A stretch of 45,942 nucleotides of DNA, taken from an uncultured Ruminococcus sp. Lineage in GTDB: Bacteria; Bacillota; Clostridia; Oscillospirales; CAG-272. Position numbers and translations under genes: made by a program. Below the pieces are notes generated by a model that saw nothing but the letters and a program-made list of their open reading frames with translations, searched no databases and had not been told where the DNA came from. The stretch spans positions 1 through 45,942 of the forward strand of contig CACZSC010000149.1 in the NCBI GenBank assembly GCA_902783755.1. The letters run 5' to 3'. Of the stretch, positions 18,973 to 28,898 are shown one piece after another. The number at the start of each line of letters is the position of its first letter. Position 1 is the first letter of the stretch.

Positions 18973-19750
18973 GATCACCAACATTTCAAAAACCTTCAAC
19001 CCCGGCACCGTCAATGCAAAGACCGCCCTGTCTCATGTGTCCCTTCACCTTGAAAAAGGGGATTTCGTCTCCATAATCGGCGCAAACGGCGCCGGGAAGA
19101 GCACCCTTTTCGGCGCGATTGCAGGAAGCTTTTTCACCGACGAGGGATCCATATTTCTGGATGGTGAAGACATAACCCTTGAACCTGATCATAAAAGGGC
19201 AAAGGTCATGGGAAGACTTTTCCAGGATCCCCAGCTCGGCACCGCGCCCTCCATGAGCATCACTGAGAACCTGGCTCTCGCCTCCGGGAGAGGAGGATGG
19301 ATGTCACGGGTAACAAAAAAGGATATCCAGGATTTCCGGGAAAGGCTCTCCATGCTGAACATGGGGCTGGAAGACAACATGAATCTGCCGGTCGGTCTCC
19401 TGTCAGGCGGCCAGCGTCAGGCAGTCACCCTGCTGATGGCGACTTTCACGACGCCGAAGCTTCTTCTCCTCGACGAGCATACCGCTGCCCTCGACCCCGC
19501 AACGGCCGAGAAGGTGCTGGAAATTACCGAAAGAATAGTAAGGGAAAACAGCATCACCTGTCTTATGGTCACTCACAACATGCAGACCGCTCTGGACCTG
19601 GGCAACAGGACCATAATGATGGACGCGGGAAGGATAATCTATGAGACACAGGGCGAGGAACGGAAACACATGAACGTTTCAGATCTTCTGGTCCTGTTCC
19701 ACAAAAACTCAGGCAAGGAACTGGATACAGACCGTATCCTGCTTTCCTGA
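18965..19750 (+). CDS. ABC transporter ATP-binding protein (COG1101 type; TrpZ-like)
   Basis: The ORF spans 18938-19750. I trimmed the start to the ATG at 18965, which follows the RBS GGAGGTG and overlaps the permease stop by 8 nt. Motifs are Walker A GANGAGKST, signature LSGGQRQ and Walker B LLLLDEHTAALD. Confidence 0.85.
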   Translation: MLRITNISKTFNPGTVNAKTALSHVSLHLEKGDFVSIIGANGAGKSTLFGAIAGSFFTDEGSIFLDGEDITLEPDHKRAKVMGRLFQDPQLGTAPSMSITENLALASGRGGWMSRVTKKDIQDFRERLSMLNMGLEDNMNLPVGLLSGGQRQAVTLLMATFTTPKLLLLDEHTAALDPATAEKVLEITERIVRENSITCLMVTHNMQTALDLGNRTIMMDAGRIIYETQGEERKHMNVSDLLVLFHKNSGKELDTDRILLS

Positions 19751-19764
19751 TCACAGATAGGCGC

Positions 19765-19799
19765 AAAAAAACTGCACACATGGTGCAGTTTTTTGTTTT
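19765..19799. terminator. Bidirectional intrinsic terminator shared by the Trp ABC operon and the convergent sugar locus
   Basis: The sequence is AAAAAAA-ACTGCAC (19771-19777), a 5-nt loop, then GTGCAGT (19783-19789)-TTTTTGTTTT. An A-tract lies upstream and a T-tract downstream. Confidence 0.8.
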
Positions 19800-19805
19800 G
19801 GGTGA

Positions 19806-20828
19806 TCAGTCTGCTGTAAGGCCGGATCTTTCGATACCCTGTACGATATATCTCTGGCCGAAGAGGTAGAGAATTATAAGCGGTGTTATGATCAGCATAC
19901 CGCAGGCGTTCTTGATCGCCGCAGTGTAAAGCGCTGAGCCCGCATAGTTCGTATCCAGTGATCTCGGCACCTTGATGATGTCGGGCAAGAGCGTCGGACC
20001 CGTGATCGAGTAGAACATGTCTGTATAGAAGTTATCTGTCCACTGCCAGCAGAAGGCGAACATGAACACGGTAATGAGCATCGTTCCGGACAGAGGCAGG
20101 ATGATCTTGAAGAACGTCTTGAATATGCCTGAACCGTCAAGGTAGGCGGACTCCTCAAGTTCGTCGGGAATTCCCCTGAAGAACTGCCTCAGCATGAAGA
20201 TGTACAGACCGTTCTTATACGCCAGACCTGTCAGCGACAGGATGTACAGCGGCCAGTTGGTATTCAGCATGTTTATGGGGCTGCCCGTTATCAATTGTAT
20301 TATTCCGAACACGTCAAAGTACTTGAACTTCGTCGCTATGGACAGTGACAGTGTCGCGTGCGGCACGACCATCGTGAATATCACGAGCAGGAACAGTATC
20401 TTGTTGCCCTTGAATTTGAATTTTGCGAACCCGTATGCGATGAAGCAGCACACGAACGTCTGCATCACCGCGCACAGGAAGGACAAGATGAAGGTGTTCC
20501 CCAGTGCCACAAAGTAATTGTTGTCGGTAATAATCGCCTTATATGTCGACAATGTCGGATGCTTCGGAATCAGCCTTACCGTCACGTCCACAAGGTCTTC
20601 TCTCGTCATGAACGAGGACGAGATCTTGGAGAAGAACGGGAACAGGATTATGTACGATATTCCGAGCAGGAGCAGGAATCTGAACAGGTACCAAACCACT
20701 TTTTTAAGTGTGTAGAGGTTCAGGAACTTCGCTTTGAGTCTCTGCAGCAGGGGAGTCCTCTCGAACTCGACCTTGATTCTGTTTTTACTCTCGCGTTTGA
20801 CTTTCGTTTCAGTCTGTGCGTTGTTCAT
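19806..20828 (-). CDS. Carbohydrate ABC transporter permease (MalG/CUT1-like), second permease pair
   Basis: This 340-aa ORF has the EAA-loop ESAYLDGSGIFKTFFKIILP and a Lys-rich N-terminal cytoplasmic extension. Confidence 0.8.
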   Translation of the reverse strand: MNNAQTETKVKRESKNRIKVEFERTPLLQRLKAKFLNLYTLKKVVWYLFRFLLLLGISYIILFPFFSKISSSFMTREDLVDVTVRLIPKHPTLSTYKAIITDNNYFVALGNTFILSFLCAVMQTFVCCFIAYGFAKFKFKGNKILFLLVIFTMVVPHATLSLSIATKFKYFDVFGIIQLITGSPINMLNTNWPLYILSLTGLAYKNGLYIFMLRQFFRGIPDELEESAYLDGSGIFKTFFKIILPLSGTMLITVFMFAFCWQWTDNFYTDMFYSITGPTLLPDIIKVPRSLDTNYAGSALYTAAIKNACGMLIITPLIILYLFGQRYIVQGIERSGLTAD

Positions 20829-20847
20829 TTTTCTCTGCCTCCCTTCC

Positions 20848-21852
20848 CTAGTCTTTTCTCTGATAGAAGACGAACGCGCTGAGCAGCCCGGCCACTATCG
20901 CTATTATGAGTATTACTATCAGGAAGTACATCCAGTACATTGCTGAGGCAAGCACGTCACCTCCGGACCTTTCCGTCACCCCCGCTATATACGACATCAC
21001 TCGGTTATCTCCGGATGTGAAGGAGTCGATTATCGTATATATGGTGTTGACCAGGATCATCGGGCTCACCATCGGAAGAGTGATCTTCCAGAATGTTTCC
21101 CACCCTGAGGCACCGTCGATCGAACATGATTCGTAGATCGCAGGTGAGATGGACTGCAGTCCCGAGAGGAATATGAGCATCTGCACACCGCATCTGTTGA
21201 CTATGTTGAATATGTTGTTGACAAGGCTCACAACATATTCAACGATCTCATTTCCGATCATCATGTTGGAGAACAGCTGCTTTATGTCTATAGCAGATAC
21301 TATCTCCGCGGCTGTGGATGCTTGCCCCGAGCCGTCGTCGATACCCGTTGAGCTGTCCATGTATGATGACAGGATATTGCTGGAATCGATGTCCGCGATA
21401 AGTCCCGTGGTAAGAATGACCGGGATGAAGAATATCGCTCTGAATGCTGCGCGCCCGGCGATCTTCTGGTTGAGGATGATCGCAACGAACAGCGAGAAGA
21501 TGACGATGGAAGGAATGTCGAGGACCAGCTGCCTTATACCGGACACAAGAGTCGTTACGAACGACGCGTCTACGAACAGCGCGTTCCTGTAATTCTGGAA
21601 TCCGACGAAATTGAGCTGGTATCCTCCTCCGATGACCAGCCTCATTTCATTGAAACTGAATCTGACGGAGTCAAATATAATAGGAAGATAGATGAGAATG
21701 AAGCCCACGACGAACGGCATGACGAACAGCCATCCTGCTCTTGCTTTCTTTGCTTCCAGCGATTTTCCGCTTCTTCTCTTCTTTTTAGGAGCGTCAATAA
21801 CGAGTTTCTGTTTCTTGGCGCCTTTCTTTCCTGCGTCAATGTTCAAGTTCAT
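20848..21852 (-). CDS. Sugar ABC transporter permease (MalF/CUT1-like), second permease pair
   Basis: This 334-aa ORF has the EAA-loop YESCSIDGASGWETFWKITLP and a Lys-rich N-terminal tail. The RBS AAGGAGGG lies upstream. Confidence 0.8.
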   Translation of the reverse strand: MNLNIDAGKKGAKKQKLVIDAPKKKRRSGKSLEAKKARAGWLFVMPFVVGFILIYLPIIFDSVRFSFNEMRLVIGGGYQLNFVGFQNYRNALFVDASFVTTLVSGIRQLVLDIPSIVIFSLFVAIILNQKIAGRAAFRAIFFIPVILTTGLIADIDSSNILSSYMDSSTGIDDGSGQASTAAEIVSAIDIKQLFSNMMIGNEIVEYVVSLVNNIFNIVNRCGVQMLIFLSGLQSISPAIYESCSIDGASGWETFWKITLPMVSPMILVNTIYTIIDSFTSGDNRVMSYIAGVTERSGGDVLASAMYWMYFLIVILIIAIVAGLLSAFVFYQRKD

Positions 21853-21868
21853 AATTGGCCCTCCTTTC

Positions 21869-24800
21869 CTAATCTATTCTGACAAATCCGAGTGAAGGAA
21901 CCGTGTACGAAGCTCCTTCATACTCGACAAATACATCGAACGAGTTGTAGTTCAGTATGAATGATACATCTCCTTCATACTTTACCGCCACGACTGAGCC
22001 TCTCTGTGTGGCATACAATTCGTTGATCTCGCCTTCTTTTACTATCCCGAAGTCTTCAAGATCCGGTTTCTGGTTCCTGAGTTCCTCTATCTGATCCGGG
22101 ATATTGGATGTGAACGTCGAGGGATCCCAGACGCCACCGGCTTCCTGGACCGCGATCCTCGCCTTTCTTCTTTCGGTCCTCAGGTTTTCCTCAAGTCTCG
22201 TTATCCTTGATTCTATGTCCGCATAGAACGCTTTCTCAGCTTCGTCCCTTGCTGCCGCGACCTCATCTTCATCAGGAATTCTTTCAGCCTCGAGGAATTC
22301 ATGACCGATTATGTATGAAGTCTGAAGATCTTTTGTCGCCTCGTTCAGTACATCATAGTACTCGTGGATGTCGTCTTTCCAGATGCCGTAGTCGACCGAG
22401 TAGAATTTGCTGAGCGTGTTGTCCTCCTTTAGGACACTGGTGTTCTGATATGAGAGAAGGAAGTAGATCGTAGCTCCGTTCTCGATCGCATTCAGGATAC
22501 CTTCATTGATATCGCCCTGCATGTTGATCGCTTCCCCGGCAAATACCTTCGAAGCGTGATATACGAGACCGGTAAACGGGATCGACTCACTTGCCTTGGT
22601 GTATTTTGAAGATGTAAGGGAAGTATTGAGGATCACGTCTGCATACTTGATCGTAAAGGCGTTGCCGCCGTCGATCATGATGCTCAGACCGTCCTCCTTC
22701 ATTCTTTCAAGCAGATCTGAAGTGAATCCCTTGCTGTCTTCGCGGTGGTAGGGGTCGTCCTCGTCGAAGTCGGAACTCAGGTCCGTGCCGAGGGATGCGA
22801 CCGATATGGCCTTATTGCCGTACTCTGCATATTTCTGTCCGAATGAATCATACAAATACCCGTAGACCGACGGAGAGATAGCAACCTTGAACGTCTGAGT
22901 GAACGTCTGCAGAGCTGCGTTATACTCTCTCTTTGTCGTATATCTGTCATCGATGGTACGGATCGCATGACTCTTCATGGTAAATCCGTCGAACAGTGAA
23001 TCTTTCTGGGCGTATGCAAAGTCGAAATCGGGATACAGTGTGATGTCGTTGTCTTCGGCATACTGTACCAGGTCGCGGAACCCGTCCGCTCCGCCGACAA
23101 CGTCTGACCATGAAAGATTATACGGAACGTTGGAATCAAGCCCTCCGTTCGCATAACCGGTCATCTTGAATCCCAGATTTGTGATGCCCTGGGACTTCAG
23201 ATCAAGATACATCGTCTTTATATCTTCGAAGCTTGTAAGGGCCAGATCTTTTTCAACAGGGAATGAAAGCACCCTGTCCGTCGTCTTCGTGCTTCCGAAG
23301 GTTTCGATGAACAGCGGGATGTCATCCTTCACGTCGGTCATCTTGACCAGGTCTCCCTTTGCCGTCAGATAATCCCTGTAAGCCTTGGCCATCCCGACCC
23401 AGTCGGCACTGTAGTAGTCTTCTACGCCGTTCTCTTCCGCCAGATTCTCATCGGCCAGGAAGATATACTGGATCCTGTAGGACTCTGTATACTTTCTCTT
23501 TGAAGTGACCGTCCATGTTGCGTTTCCGCTGACTGAGATCGAATCCGCCAGATTGTACTGGTCAGATGGTCTCGGAGTGAAGCTTGGGTAAACCGTGTTG
23601 TACGGATGCACAGCTCCTCCGCATGTAGCCATCAGCGTTGCCAGCGAGTCACCTTCCGTGATTATCGCCAGGAATCCGTCCGTATGGGGCGCTATTTCCG
23701 GATGCTCGGCCTGCGGATCGGCGAAGTCTCCCACGTTTGTTACGACACCGTAGACGGGGGTCCGCATGACCTCTGAATGCTGGCCGGTTATCTCATGGTA
23801 TGCATAGTCGGGTCCGTACAGCTGTCCGGCTATGTTGATACTCTGGTTTATGAAATCTTCAAACCGTATGATGGCGCCCGATCCGTCGGGGATCATGGTG
23901 TAACCGGTGAACATGTTTGAACCTGCACCGAAATACGGGAGCATCGTCACGGTCTTGAACTGATACACACTCTCGTCGAACTGAAGGCCGTTCGCGGGAA
24001 GTCTTGCTTCAAGTCCGCTTTCGTTCAGCGTGTACTCTATAGCCATCCTGAATCTCGGCGGAGCGGCGTCAGAACCCACATAGCCTGTAAGTTCGTGGTC
24101 ATATTCAAGTTCTTCGTATGTGTATTCCGGACAGTACCTCTTAACGATATCCTCCGCTTCTCTCAGCTCACGGGCGACGATCGTGTCCGAGCAGACGTAG
24201 ACCGCCATCTGCTGAGTGATCGGGAATGCCGCCTGCATGAGCGCGACCATTTTTTCCGTCAGCGTCGGGTCGTTGGAGTCTTTGTAATCGTAGTATGACA
24301 GAAGCTTGTTTTTGTCCCAGTCGCTTGTTATCTTGCTGAGGATCAGTGTCTCGAAACGTGACTTTTCAATGACCCTCGGCACCAGCCTTGTGACTGCCTC
24401 TTCACCTATTGTATATTCGACCCGGATACCGTTCTTGATCGGTTTCATCACGATCTGGTTCCTGAGAGCCGCCTCGACGTAGCTGTTCATCGTTTTTTCC
24501 ACGCCGTTGTCGAGATATGTGATTATGAGCTGGGACAGAAGCTGCTGCTTTGTCTTTGTCGCCATGAAGTAGTCGGTGTACGCGATGTCATACGGGTTTG
24601 AGAAATAAGTCTGGCCAGTGGACTTGACCCTTACCGCGATCTCACCGGTGAACTCTTCATACCAGAGTTCATACCCGTACGCTTCCCTGACAAGAACCAT
24701 GTCTGAAAGCTTGTCGTCCGCATTTTCGTAATAGCGGGTCATGTAGTTTATGAGCGGGTTCCCGTCTTCATCGACCTTTTCCGCGTAATCAGCCGAAACG

Positions 24801-24877
24801 CTGAACGAAAGGCCTGAGAACAGTCCGCACAACATAACCAGAGTCAGGAATGCTGATAAAATCTTTTTGAATTTCAT
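21869..24877 (-). CDS. Large secreted protein of unknown function (DUF5696-like by recollection); candidate polysaccharide-active enzyme
   Basis: The ORF spans 21869-24922. I trimmed the start to the ATG at 24877, which follows the RBS GGAGGATGAAG. The signal peptide is MKFKKILSAFLTLVMLCGLFSGLSFSVSA. The mature protein is ~970 aa and I could recognise no catalytic family motif. Confidence 0.6.
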   Translation of the reverse strand: MKFKKILSAFLTLVMLCGLFSGLSFSVSADYAEKVDEDGNPLINYMTRYYENADDKLSDMVLVREAYGYELWYEEFTGEIAVRVKSTGQTYFSNPYDIAYTDYFMATKTKQQLLSQLIITYLDNGVEKTMNSYVEAALRNQIVMKPIKNGIRVEYTIGEEAVTRLVPRVIEKSRFETLILSKITSDWDKNKLLSYYDYKDSNDPTLTEKMVALMQAAFPITQQMAVYVCSDTIVARELREAEDIVKRYCPEYTYEELEYDHELTGYVGSDAAPPRFRMAIEYTLNESGLEARLPANGLQFDESVYQFKTVTMLPYFGAGSNMFTGYTMIPDGSGAIIRFEDFINQSINIAGQLYGPDYAYHEITGQHSEVMRTPVYGVVTNVGDFADPQAEHPEIAPHTDGFLAIITEGDSLATLMATCGGAVHPYNTVYPSFTPRPSDQYNLADSISVSGNATWTVTSKRKYTESYRIQYIFLADENLAEENGVEDYYSADWVGMAKAYRDYLTAKGDLVKMTDVKDDIPLFIETFGSTKTTDRVLSFPVEKDLALTSFEDIKTMYLDLKSQGITNLGFKMTGYANGGLDSNVPYNLSWSDVVGGADGFRDLVQYAEDNDITLYPDFDFAYAQKDSLFDGFTMKSHAIRTIDDRYTTKREYNAALQTFTQTFKVAISPSVYGYLYDSFGQKYAEYGNKAISVASLGTDLSSDFDEDDPYHREDSKGFTSDLLERMKEDGLSIMIDGGNAFTIKYADVILNTSLTSSKYTKASESIPFTGLVYHASKVFAGEAINMQGDINEGILNAIENGATIYFLLSYQNTSVLKEDNTLSKFYSVDYGIWKDDIHEYYDVLNEATKDLQTSYIIGHEFLEAERIPDEDEVAAARDEAEKAFYADIESRITRLEENLRTERRKARIAVQEAGGVWDPSTFTSNIPDQIEELRNQKPDLEDFGIVKEGEINELYATQRGSVVAVKYEGDVSFILNYNSFDVFVEYEGASYTVPSLGFVRID

Positions 24878-24896
24878 ATCTTCATCCTCCCCTCTG

Positions 24897-27035
24897 CTAC
24901 ATCCTGTAGGAAATCTCGTCAATGATGTTGGTGACGAAACTTACCATCTTGCCGACCAAGCTTGAGAAGAGCAGGCCCATGAACATCAGGAACGCCATGC
25001 CCACTATCGTCGCGATGCATGTGAGTATGTTCTTTCCGATCGTGTAGTTGTGAGTCGTCATAGTCGCTATGAACACGAGCAGTCCGACCCAGATGAACGC
25101 GATCGTGACGAGCAGTGAGATTATCCCGCCCTCCTCAGCGGTGAGGAAGTTGGATGCTATCGTAGACGGAAGCATCAGAAGCGGGAGAGGCGTCAGGCAG
25201 TAGCATGTCGCAACGAAGATGTCCTTCATGCTGCCTTCGCCTTCAAACAGCGTCGTGAGACACCAGTTTGCGACCACCCACAGGAGCAGCGGCACCACGA
25301 CAGCGGTGATGGCTCCAAGCAGGTTGAACGTTGCATTGGGCCTCGGGTTGAAAATATATCCCATTCCGATCGTGTAGTAGAAATACACCATGACCGTGAT
25401 GAGAAGGATTATGAACGCGCTCCGCACCGAGCCTCTCTTTTCATGTTTCAGATCCCAGAATCCGTCAAACGGATGGAATATCACATGGAAAGCATAGAGC
25501 AGTTCCTCTTTCAGGCTCTTTCTTCCGACTTTCAGCGCGGTCCTCTTGTTTACCTTTCCTGCGAAACCGAAGAATTTCGCGATGAGGAAACATGCGACCA
25601 CGATCACTATGGGAATTATCCAGAAGAATTTGTCAGCCCACGATTTCCTTATCTCCTTGTAGGCTGCGGAATAACTCTCGGTCTCCTTGGCTGCCTTGAA
25701 GTACTCCATCGATTCTTCGTATTTTCCCTGACGGAGAAGCGATTTACCTATATTTATATATGCCTCGTCGAAGTTGTTGTTTCTCTTCAGGATCTCGTTC
25801 CAGTCGTCGATGGTAACATCGTACATACGTTCGTTGTTGTGCTGCAGGGCGCTGATGAGAAGGTCGGCGTACTCCGTCCTCCTGAACACCACGATGTTTT
25901 TGTTCGTTTTGTCAAGGAGAAGGATGTTAGACCCCTGATATGCGATCGCCCTCACGCTGTCGATATTGCCCATCTGGGAACCGTTCTTGTCGCCGAATGC
26001 GAACAGAAGGCTTCCGTTGGAATCGTAGGTAAATACTTTCGATCTCTTTTCATCTATGATCGACCAGGTTCCCTCGGGCCCCATGGCCACGTCCACGACC
26101 TTGGAGGTGCCCGTGATCGTATCTTCTTCCACCGTCATCGCGTTCGGCACTTCCGTCATTATCTCTCCGGAAGGGGGGAAGAAGCCGTTTCTGGCCATGA
26201 CGTCTATACCCGAAGCATTAAGCTTCTTGACCGGCGCGTGGTCTCCGGATGTGTCTCCGGCCGCCACCGAGATCTCTATGGATGAAGTGGTAACATATAT
26301 GAAGTTCTGGTCGTCTATGGTGATGTTGTTGAACTCCGTGGGAACGTAGTCCTGCATCATCTCCCGCTGCTCCTTTGTCTGGAACCTTCTCCAGAGGAGC
26401 TCGAGGGGCGATACCTCGACTTTTGCCGCTCCGATGAACCCGAAGAACTCGCCTTCCATGTTGATGACTATAACGCCCTGATATGTCGTGGATGAAACCA
26501 CGAACAGACGTCCGTAATCGTCGGCGACGCAGGCGATCGGTTTGTAGATGTCGCCCTCTTCAAAGTAGCTGGACACCGGCTGGGGAATGATCTTCACGAA
26601 ATTGCAGTCAAGGTCGAAAAGCACGATCCTGTTGTTGTCAGTGTCGCAGATGTAGATGTTGTATTCGTCCACGAAGACCCCGGACGGGTTCCTGAACGAA
26701 TCGGGTACTCCCTGCTCGTTGACAAACCCGGATATTTCATGCTGTATCTTAAAGTATTTGTCCAGCACAAGGACCTTCCCGAGGGAAGCGTCTGCTATAT
26801 AGACCTTTTCGTCAGGCCCGACGAACAGGTCTCTCATATCCGAACCGAGTTCGTACGGCACTCCCATGTACGCCGCATCGACTATCATGTCGGGCACGTA
26901 CGCGTCGGGCGAGGAAAGGACCTGGCCCTGCGACGAATATGTGTACGTCGCGTAGGGAACGTTTGCGAACGCCACCGTCGGCAGGATCAAGAGGAACATC
27001 AGGGTAAGGGCTATTGCCGAAATCAATTTCTTCAT
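24897..27035 (-). CDS. Signal peptide + NHL-type beta-propeller repeats + TPR-like linker + C-terminal Yip1-like polytopic membrane domain
   Basis: This 712-aa ORF has the signal MKKLISAIALTLMFLLILPTVAFA. Repeated propeller blades read YIADASLGKVLVLD, IYICDTDNNRIVLFD, LFVVSSTTYQGVIVIN, SKVFTYDSNGSLLFAFG and ILLLDKTNKNIVVFR. A TM helix FFWIIPIVIVVACFLIAKFF follows, then five more hydrophobic helices that resemble Yip1. Confidence 0.65.
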   Translation of the reverse strand: MKKLISAIALTLMFLLILPTVAFANVPYATYTYSSQGQVLSSPDAYVPDMIVDAAYMGVPYELGSDMRDLFVGPDEKVYIADASLGKVLVLDKYFKIQHEISGFVNEQGVPDSFRNPSGVFVDEYNIYICDTDNNRIVLFDLDCNFVKIIPQPVSSYFEEGDIYKPIACVADDYGRLFVVSSTTYQGVIVINMEGEFFGFIGAAKVEVSPLELLWRRFQTKEQREMMQDYVPTEFNNITIDDQNFIYVTTSSIEISVAAGDTSGDHAPVKKLNASGIDVMARNGFFPPSGEIMTEVPNAMTVEEDTITGTSKVVDVAMGPEGTWSIIDEKRSKVFTYDSNGSLLFAFGDKNGSQMGNIDSVRAIAYQGSNILLLDKTNKNIVVFRRTEYADLLISALQHNNERMYDVTIDDWNEILKRNNNFDEAYINIGKSLLRQGKYEESMEYFKAAKETESYSAAYKEIRKSWADKFFWIIPIVIVVACFLIAKFFGFAGKVNKRTALKVGRKSLKEELLYAFHVIFHPFDGFWDLKHEKRGSVRSAFIILLITVMVYFYYTIGMGYIFNPRPNATFNLLGAITAVVVPLLLWVVANWCLTTLFEGEGSMKDIFVATCYCLTPLPLLMLPSTIASNFLTAEEGGIISLLVTIAFIWVGLLVFIATMTTHNYTIGKNILTCIATIVGMAFLMFMGLLFSSLVGKMVSFVTNIIDEISYRM

Positions 27036-27049
27036 AACTGCCTCCCCCC

Positions 27050-27928
27050 TTAGTCTTTCATACCGCTCGAACCCATGGTCTCGATGATATTCGACTGCGA
27101 GATCACGAATACGGCTATAGGCACTACCATCATGACTACGGTCGCTGCCGCCGACGCTCCGGTTCTCGTGATGCCGGCCGCAGTGATCTGTCCGATCGCG
27201 TAGTTAAGAGTCTTCAGCTGTTCCGAATAGATATATTCCGAAGAGCCCATCTGCCATAGGCCCTGGAACGAGAAGATTATCAGCGTCAGCCAGGCCGGCT
27301 TGACCATCGGCATGGCTATCGACCAGAAGGTCCGGAATTCCGAAGCACCGTCCAGTCTGGCTGATTCAAGGATCGCAGTGGACACGTTCGACTCCATGAA
27401 CTGCTTCATAAGGTACAGTCCCAGGGTCGAACACCACGCAGGCACGATGACGGCCAGATACGTATCTATCCATCCGAGCCATGTCAGGATGATGAATTTC
27501 ACTATGCTTCCGACAGTCGCGGAGAACATGAGAGATTTCTGGATGATCCAGAAGCACTGCTTTCCGCCCGGGAAGTCGATCTTTGCAAGAGCGTATGCAC
27601 AGATGGAAGAGAGCACCAGGTTTCCGAACGTGCCTCCCACTGATATGAGCACCGTGTTGAAGATGTATCTCGAGAACGGTACCCACGAGTCGCTCATGAG
27701 GTTAAAGAGGTTTGCGAAGTTGTCCAGCGTTGGGTGCTCAACATAGAACCTCGGAGGGAAGTAGAACAGTTCATTCAGCGGTTTCAGAGACTGAATCACC
27801 GTATAGTACATGGGAATGAACATGAACAGTCCGAGTATCGCGAGCACGATTGTAATTCCGACGTCGCCTCCCGCTGAACGGTTGAGGACGACCTGATGTC
27901 GTCTGGTTCTTAGTCTCTTCATGCTCAC
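27050..27928 (-). CDS. Carbohydrate ABC transporter permease (MalG/CUT1-like), first permease pair
   Basis: This 292-aa ORF has the EAA-loop LESARLDGASEFRTFWSIAMP. It overlaps the upstream permease by 4 nt (ATGA). Confidence 0.85.
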   Translation of the reverse strand: MSMKRLRTRRHQVVLNRSAGGDVGITIVLAILGLFMFIPMYYTVIQSLKPLNELFYFPPRFYVEHPTLDNFANLFNLMSDSWVPFSRYIFNTVLISVGGTFGNLVLSSICAYALAKIDFPGGKQCFWIIQKSLMFSATVGSIVKFIILTWLGWIDTYLAVIVPAWCSTLGLYLMKQFMESNVSTAILESARLDGASEFRTFWSIAMPMVKPAWLTLIIFSFQGLWQMGSSEYIYSEQLKTLNYAIGQITAAGITRTGASAAATVVMMVVPIAVFVISQSNIIETMGSSGMKD

Positions 27929-28869
27929 TCACCCAACTTCGAAATCAATTTGGTGACCAGCAGGTTGGCACCTATCATTATCAAGAACATCAGGAACGTT
28001 ATCGCAGAAGCATACCCGACTTCCCATCGGTTGCCCTGATATTCGCTTAAATGGTGAGACAATGTATAACCGACGTAATCCGTCGGAGGGTTGCCCGCCA
28101 GAGCGGAAACGATTCCGCCGAATCCGAAGGATCCGGTGATCGACATGATCGCGCCGAACATCAGCTGCGGCTTCATAGAGGGCAAGGTGATGTACCAAAG
28201 CTCCTGCCACCTGTTGCGCACCCCGTCGATGGAACCCGCCTCAAACAGGCTCTTGTCGATTCCCTGAAGACCCGCTATGAACGCCAAGAACGACGTTCCC
28301 AGTGATGTCCACAGGGCGACCATGATACACAGGGGCATGATGTACTTCGTATTCTGGAACCATAGTATCGGTGTGTCTATAAGCCCCAGCTTCAGCAGAA
28401 GACCGTTGACATATCCGTATGAGTCGCTGGAGAACATCGTAGCCCAGATCAGGTAGACGTTTCCGGAAATGGACGGTGCATAGAATATCAGCGTCGCCAC
28501 GGAACGGATCCTCGGGGAAAGCTCGTTGAGGAACCATGCCACCGCGAATGAAATTATGTACGATGCCGGCCCGACTATCACGGCGAATATCATCGTGTTC
28601 TTCAGAGCCGTCAGGAAAAGGTCATCGTCAAGGAACAGGGTTATGTAGTTATCCATGAAGATGAACTTCGGCGGCTCCAGCATGTTGAATGAAGTGAAGC
28701 TCAGCAAGAGAGAGAGGAAGACCGGGACTATTGTGAATAGGAAGAACAGGATCATAAAGGGGGCAACCATGAAGTATGCCATCTTGTTCCTTCTTACCAG
28801 GAACCATGTCCACTGCGCCTTCGTCATCTCACGGCGGGTCTTCACCTTTTTTTCCGTATTCTTAGACAT
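27925..28869 (-). CDS. Sugar ABC transporter permease (MalF/CUT1-like), first permease pair
   Basis: This 314-aa ORF has the EAA-loop FEAGSIDGVRNRWQELWYITLP. Confidence 0.85.
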   Translation of the reverse strand: MSKNTEKKVKTRREMTKAQWTWFLVRRNKMAYFMVAPFMILFFLFTIVPVFLSLLLSFTSFNMLEPPKFIFMDNYITLFLDDDLFLTALKNTMIFAVIVGPASYIISFAVAWFLNELSPRIRSVATLIFYAPSISGNVYLIWATMFSSDSYGYVNGLLLKLGLIDTPILWFQNTKYIMPLCIMVALWTSLGTSFLAFIAGLQGIDKSLFEAGSIDGVRNRWQELWYITLPSMKPQLMFGAIMSITGSFGFGGIVSALAGNPPTDYVGYTLSHHLSEYQGNRWEVGYASAITFLMFLIMIGANLLVTKLISKLGE

Positions 28870-28898
28870 GTTATTTCTCCTTCATCTAGACGCGCGCC

